Assembly: GCA_028276345.1 (NCBI GenBank) | Contig: JAPYWM010000001.1 | Location: forward strand, 1-45,594 | DNA from: Sphingobacterium sp. | GTDB lineage: Bacteria > Bacteroidota > Bacteroidia > SpSt-205 | Length of the DNA: 45,594 nt | Direction: 5' to 3' | Shown here: positions 41,639 to 45,594 of the stretch, one piece after another | How positions within the stretch are numbered: the stretch's first letter is position 1 | How the letters are laid out: each line of letters opens with the position of its first letter | Notes under the pieces: generated by a model | Told to the model about the DNA's origin: nothing | Seen by the model: only the letters and a program-made list of their open reading frames with translations | The model's database searches: none | Program-made: the position numbers and the translations under genes

Positions 41639-42127
41639 TCAAGTCTGGGGGCGGCAGAGGGGGAGGACTTTTTCTATTTGGGGGCGGGTACCTACGACGA
41701 CGAGCGTATCGCCAGGTTGGATAACCTCCTCATAGGGGTCGGGGGTGGGGATGATGGTTTCCCCCCGTAGGATAGCGATGACGGAGGCGCCGGTGAGACG
41801 TCGTACCGCCAGGTCAGATAACGTCTTGCCGGCCATGGGGCAAGCAGCCGCTACCGGAATCCACTCCACCACCAGCTCCCGGAATATCAGGTTCATCTTA
41901 TCCGAAGGCAGCGGTTGATACCGCACCCCCCCTAATACAAAGGCTAATTCTCGCGCCTCTTCATCCGTGAGCCGCACCGAGTAGGAGGGGTCCTCCTCCC
42001 CTTTCTCCGTAAGGTAAAGCTCCCGCTGGCCATTCTGGTAGACGATGACTGTAATCTTCTCCCCGGTAGCCAGCGTGAGCGTGTACTTTTTCCCAAACCC
42101 TGGGAGTAGCGTCTCTCGTAGCTCCAT
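41639..42127 (-). CDS. Antiporter regulatory subunit with a TrkA-C domain (KhtT-like)
   Basis: Trimmed to the ATG at 42127 (MELRETLLPGFGKKYTL). The C-terminal TrkA-C-like region is GKTLSDLAVRRLTGASVIAILRGETIIPTPDPYEVIQPGDTLVVVG. It lies 4 nt upstream of the antiporter gene. Confidence 0.6.
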   Translation of the reverse strand: MELRETLLPGFGKKYTLTLATGEKITVIVYQNGQRELYLTEKGEEDPSYSVRLTDEEARELAFVLGGVRYQPLPSDKMNLIFRELVVEWIPVAAACPMAGKTLSDLAVRRLTGASVIAILRGETIIPTPDPYEEVIQPGDTLVVVGTRPQIEKVLPLCRPQT

Positions 42128-42268
42128 CCCGACAAAGATGGAAAAAGCACACAGACTTTTGCGCTCCACAGGCGAAACGCTGATTGCCTTACAGCCTGTG
42201 GAAAAGTAGCACGCTAAGCTCGCCCCCGAAAGGCCCGGTGTGGTCCGGAGGTATGCCCCATAAAGGAC

Positions 42269-42305
42269 GCCGGGGAGCAGGCGCATGGCCCGCCCCCCGG
42301 CTTTT
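42269..42305. terminator. GC hairpin downstream of the large T9SS cargo gene
   Basis: 7-bp stem GCCGGGG/CCCCGGC enclosing an inner GGCG/CGCC pairing. TTTT follows on the plus strand and TCCTTTA on the minus strand. Confidence 0.35.
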
Positions 42306-42322
42306 GCAGGGTAGGACGCCTT

Positions 42323-45300
42323 CTATTCCCGGATGAAGCGGCCACTCCACTCGTAGCGCGCCCCGACGAGGCGAACGAGATAGACGCCTTTCGCCCAGGT
42401 GTGTGCTGGGATCGGCACCGCATTCAAACCGGCCTGCAGGTCACCTTTCCAGCGCCAGACGGTCTGCCCAAGGGCATTGACGACTTCGACCTCGAGAGCG
42501 TCTGATTCAGGCAGCTGGAGGTAGAGTGTAATGTCGTTTCGGGTGGGATTGGGCTGGAGGGTCGCAGCGAAGGCAAAGCCCTCGGTCGGCAGGATAGCTT
42601 GTACGGCATTGCTCCGAAGCACCTCCTGACCGCTGGCAGAGAGCGCCACTACCTGATAGTAGTAGAGCGTGCCGGGCTTTACCGTGGCATCGGTGTATTC
42701 GTAGGTCCGGCTCCGATCGGCAGTTACTTCGGTCAGGGGCCGAAGGCTACCAACCGTCTCCCCGCGCAGCAGGCGGTAGGTGTGGACATTGTCTTCAGCG
42801 TCGGCCTTCCATGTGAGGTGGATATTGGGTGCTTCTGGCTTAGCTTGGAGAGTCAGCGCAGCGATAGGAAGCGGCGTCGTAGAGCCCACCACCACAAAGT
42901 CCGAGAAGCCATTATTGAAGCCATTCCGGCACACGCCCGAGGTAAGGCTGGAGGTCGCACAGCAGGTGCCATTCAGGTACCAGGGGCCGCCTTCCCGTTT
43001 CATGATGCTGAAGTAGGGGCTGGTGGTGCAGGTGGGGCCGTAGCCAAGGGGATAGAGGGTCAGGTCGTACGTAGTGCCCGTAGCGTTGCCGCCGGCGAGG
43101 CTAATCGTCCAGAAGCCGTTATCTATGGCGCAGTTGTAGTTCGTGCCGCAGACTGGCTCGGCAGTGGCGGGTATCGTCTGCGAGATAGGGGTGAAAAAGC
43201 TCAGCAGGGCCGTAACATTCGTGGGATTGGAGAGGGTGATTTCGGCGAGCTGATAGCCTTTTCCGGTGGCGAGCTGGGCTGGATGGATATCGCCTACCGG
43301 CAGGGCATACAGGCCGCCGGTATTTTGAATGGCCCGCTGGAGCCGCCCCTGGATGTAGTTATTGACATTGTACCCTACGATAGAACCGGGGTTGGCATTC
43401 GTGATCACCACGGCATTTGTGGCAAGGGTAGCGATGCGGCCATCTACGAGGTGGAGCTGGTTAGTGATGGTCATGTTGCCAAGCGTTACTTCCACGCGAC
43501 GGTTGGCCAGGGTGGCGGCGGGCTTATCTACAATCACCTGGTAGAAGTTTCCGGTAGCCCCGGCAGCGCGCGTGTAGTTCTGTACGCCGCTTCCGATGAA
43601 GCGCACCCGCCCACCTGAGGTGGTGTTGAGCGCTCCGCTGTGAATGAAGTCCCCACACACATCTAACTGGGCACTCACGTCTGTGAAGGTCAGCGACGCC
43701 CCCGCAGCGATCGTGATGCTATTACAGGCGGCGGGGATGGGGTTCCAGCCAATCTCTGGATAGCGTCCAGAAGCGACTGGGAAGGGAATTGTCACGGTCG
43801 TCCCGCAGTTGGGTACGCAGCCGCTGGCCCAGTTATTGGGGTTGAACCAGTCGCTACTAACGGCACCGGTCCAAGTGTCGGTAGCGGGAGCGGCGGTAAC
43901 GGTAACGGTTACAGGGACGCGAGCGCTTTCCACACAGCCCGGCACCTGCACCGAGACATAAAAGGTTGTGCTGGTAGTTACAGTAGTGGTGAAGGTATTA
44001 CTACCGCCGGTTTGCAGGAGGGTCGCACCCGCACCGGGACCGTCCCACCAGTTATAAGTGGGTGTACCGGAGCCTGCGTAGTTAGCCACTAAGACCACAG
44101 GACCAGGCCCGCAGCGGCTCACCGGGGAAGCTGTAGGAGCGGTTGGAGCATTCACGGTGATAGAGACGGGCGTACGGCTACTGCGGCAGCCCTGCGGCGA
44201 AACTGCCTCCACATAGAGGGTGTAGGTTCCGGGGTTATTGTAGTTAGCCGGGAAGAGGGCGAACCCACTGGTGAAGGGTATCGTGAGGGTACTTCCAGTG
44301 CCGGCCAGGAGGCCGCCCGTGGCCGCCGTGTACCATTCAAAGGTTACGCCTGCTGGCGCCGTGGCGGTATAGACTAAGGCTGCCCCGCGACACACCGGGG
44401 AGAGACCGCTCGCCGTAGGCACCGCCGGCAGCGGATGCACGGTTACTATTATCACGTTAGACCAGGCGCCCCACCCACAGCAGTCCGTATAACGCCGATG
44501 CCGAATGTAATAAGTCCCCGCCGATGTGAAGGTATAAGTAAAAGTCTGCGTAGAGCCTGTACCGACGACAGTGTTAAAAGCCGCATCGGTCGCGACCTGC
44601 CACTGGTAGCTGATGCCTATGAGGTTGGTAGTAAAGGTCAAGCTGCCGCCTACGCAGATGCTCGTGGCCGAAGCTGTAATCGTAGGGGCGGCATTGGAGA
44701 TGAGGATATTCCAGAAGTCGGTGTAGACATGGCCGTCGTAGGTGATGGTTTTTCGGCCGGTGGTGCTGTACTGGACATTTTCGGGGGAGTTAGTGGAGGT
44801 AGCCGGCGTTGCGCCAGCCCCAAAGTTCCAGTTGTGAGGGCTCCCATCGCTTGTGGCGAAGTTTACATCGGTGCCGGTGCAGGAGATGTCGGCCACGGTG
44901 ATGATGGGCTGAGCAGAGAAGTTGAAATTGGCTGGATTATTGGAGCCAATCGCAATAGGTTGATTGACACCGCCAATCGTAACGGTGGGAAGAGAAGTAC
45001 TTCCAGCGACAATAAAAAGTCGGCTAGATAATCCAGCATGACCCGCGCCGCCATTCCCACCCTTTCCGCCAGACCCTCCCCAGCCACCCGGACCTCCCGC
45101 ACCGCAATCGCCTCCACAACATCCTTGTTGACAGGGGGTACCTGCACAGCCATGGACACAAGGGGCACCTGGGGCGCCACCTGCTTCTCCATTAGCACCT
45201 ATGCCCCCACTGCCCCCACTGCCCCCAGCAGGGCTCCCAAAATCACAATCCACGAACTGCCCCCCATTGTTAGCATGAAGGTAAACAGCAAAAGAGCCGC

Positions 45301-45594
45301 CTCCTCCCCAACCGCCTTCGCCCGGATTACCACCTCTACCGCCGTTTCCACCAGGGGCACCGCAAGTGGGGCCGCTGTAACAGGTAGAGACGCAGCAAGT
45401 ACCGATATCGCCCCCTCCACCGCCCCCTCCACCGCCCCCATGGCCACCTGGTTGACCAGCCGAGGCCTGCACAGGAGAGAAAAACGGCCCCGTAGGTGTA
45501 GGAATAGCGGGTGTGGTGCCATTGGCGCCATCCGCACCATTTTGCCCGTTGGCACCCGTACAACCCGTGCAACCACTGGCATTACAGCCAAAAA
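42323..45594 (-). CDS. Large secreted/cell-surface protein (5'-partial): Gly/Cys-rich N-region, tandem Ig/PKD-like modules, T9SS type A C-terminal sorting domain
   Basis: I translated the frame upstream of the GTG at 45472 by hand and it stays open to the window edge, so the gene is truncated. The C-terminus LQPNPTRNDITLYL...AKGVYLVRLVGARYEWSGRFIRE fits the T9SS CTD. Three modules of about 85 aa each start with PT(I/A)(T/S)AS..C.G. Confidence 0.75.
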   Translation of the reverse strand, partial: FGCNASGCTGCTGANGQNGADGANGTTPAIPTPTGPFFSPVQASAGQPGGHGGGGGGGGGGDIGTCCVSTCYSGPTCGAPGGNGGRGGNPGEGGWGGGGSFAVYLHANNGGQFVDCDFGSPAGGSGGSGGIGANGEAGGAPGAPCVHGCAGTPCQQGCCGGDCGAGGPGGWGGSGGKGGNGGAGHAGLSSRLFIVAGSTSLPTVTIGGVNQPIAIGSNNPANFNFSAQPIITVADISCTGTDVNFATSDGSPHNWNFGAGATPATSTNSPENVQYSTTGRKTITYDGHVYTDFWNILISNAAPTITASATSICVGGSLTFTTNLIGISYQWQVATDAAFNTVVGTGSTQTFTYTFTSAGTYYIRHRRYTDCCGWGAWSNVIIVTVHPLPAVPTASGLSPVCRGAALVYTATAPAGVTFEWYTAATGGLLAGTGSTLTIPFTSGFALFPANYNNPGTYTLYVEAVSPQGCRSSRTPVSITVNAPTAPTASPVSRCGPGPVVLVANYAGSGTPTYNWWDGPGAGATLLQTGGSNTFTTTVTTSTTFYVSVQVPGCVESARVPVTVTVTAAPATDTWTGAVSSDWFNPNNWASGCVPNCGTTVTIPFPVASGRYPEIGWNPIPAACNSITIAAGASLTFTDVSAQLDVCGDFIHSGALNTTSGGRVRFIGSGVQNYTRAAGATGNFYQVIVDKPAATLANRRVEVTLGNMTITNQLHLVDGRIATLATNAVVITNANPGSIVGYNVNNYIQGRLQRAIQNTGGLYALPVGDIHPAQLATGKGYQLAEITLSNPTNVTALLSFFTPISQTIPATAEPVCGTNYNCAIDNGFWTISLAGGNATGTTYDLTLYPLGYGPTCTTSPYFSIMKREGGPWYLNGTCCATSSLTSGVCRNGFNNGFSDFVVVGSTTPLPIAALTLQAKPEAPNIHLTWKADAEDNVHTYRLLRGETVGSLRPLTEVTADRSRTYEYTDATVKPGTLYYYQVVALSASGQEVLRSNAVQAILPTEGFAFAATLQPNPTRNDITLYLQLPESDALEVEVVNALGQTVWRWKGDLQAGLNAVPIPAHTWAKGVYLVRLVGARYEWSGRFIRE
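45409..45439. repeat. Tandem 12-mer CGCCCCCTCCAC x2 plus a 7-nt partial copy, encoding part of a poly-Gly run
   Basis: Read directly from the sequence. It lies in frame within the Gly10 tract of the T9SS cargo gene. Confidence 0.7.

Noticed and set aside
45530-45560. Collagen-like G-X-Y triplets (GANGQNGADGANGTT) at the truncated N-terminus of the T9SS cargo.
   Set aside because: Only five triplets are present, embedded in generally Gly-rich sequence. That is too short to call a collagen triple-helix domain. It is reported only as part of the Gly/Cys-rich region.
1-45594. A search of the whole window for CRISPR repeats, IS elements and terminal inverted repeats, integrases, toxin-antitoxin pairs, restriction-modification or other defence genes, and rRNA.
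   Set aside because: None found. No repeat-spacer periodicity and no transposase, integrase or recombinase motifs appear in any frame of the ORF track. Both tRNA genes are intact, with no flanking direct repeats suggestive of an integrated element.

Overview
This is a 45.6-kb, gene-dense chromosomal segment, roughly 60% GC by eye. It most likely comes from a high-GC member of the Bacteroidota. The evidence for that is a PorW/SprE-like T9SS lipoprotein, two proteins ending in T9SS C-terminal sorting domains, and TAnnTTTG -7 promoter boxes upstream of many genes. I can support 39 protein-coding genes and 2 tRNA genes. I found no rRNA, CRISPR array, transposase, integrase or obvious defence island. 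The content is mostly housekeeping: fbp, anmK, coaD, asnB, nuoD, nuoC, truA, rpoN, dnaA, rsmA and accD. There is also a carotenoid block (crtB-cruF fusion, crtYc, crtYd, crtD-like, crtI) headed by a DASH-type cryptochrome. I see no canonical novel system. The observations most worth a second look are: (1) two divergent tRNA genes that each run within 1-3 nt into the start codon of a protein gene; (2) -7 boxes 4-6 nt upstream of start codons, which implies leaderless mRNAs and helps fix several start sites; (3) a roughly 9-gene, translationally coupled, cryptochrome-led string that also carries a PP-loop ATP pyrophosphatase and an orphan ligase-associated-type MBL exonuclease; (4) a tail-anchored FHA protein with its own promoter whose stop overlaps the dnaA start (ATGA), with no non-coding flank for an oriC; (5) a large T9SS cargo protein with duplicated Gly/Cys-rich modules, truncated at the right edge of the window. 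All family calls come from motif recognition by eye, because no database search could be run.
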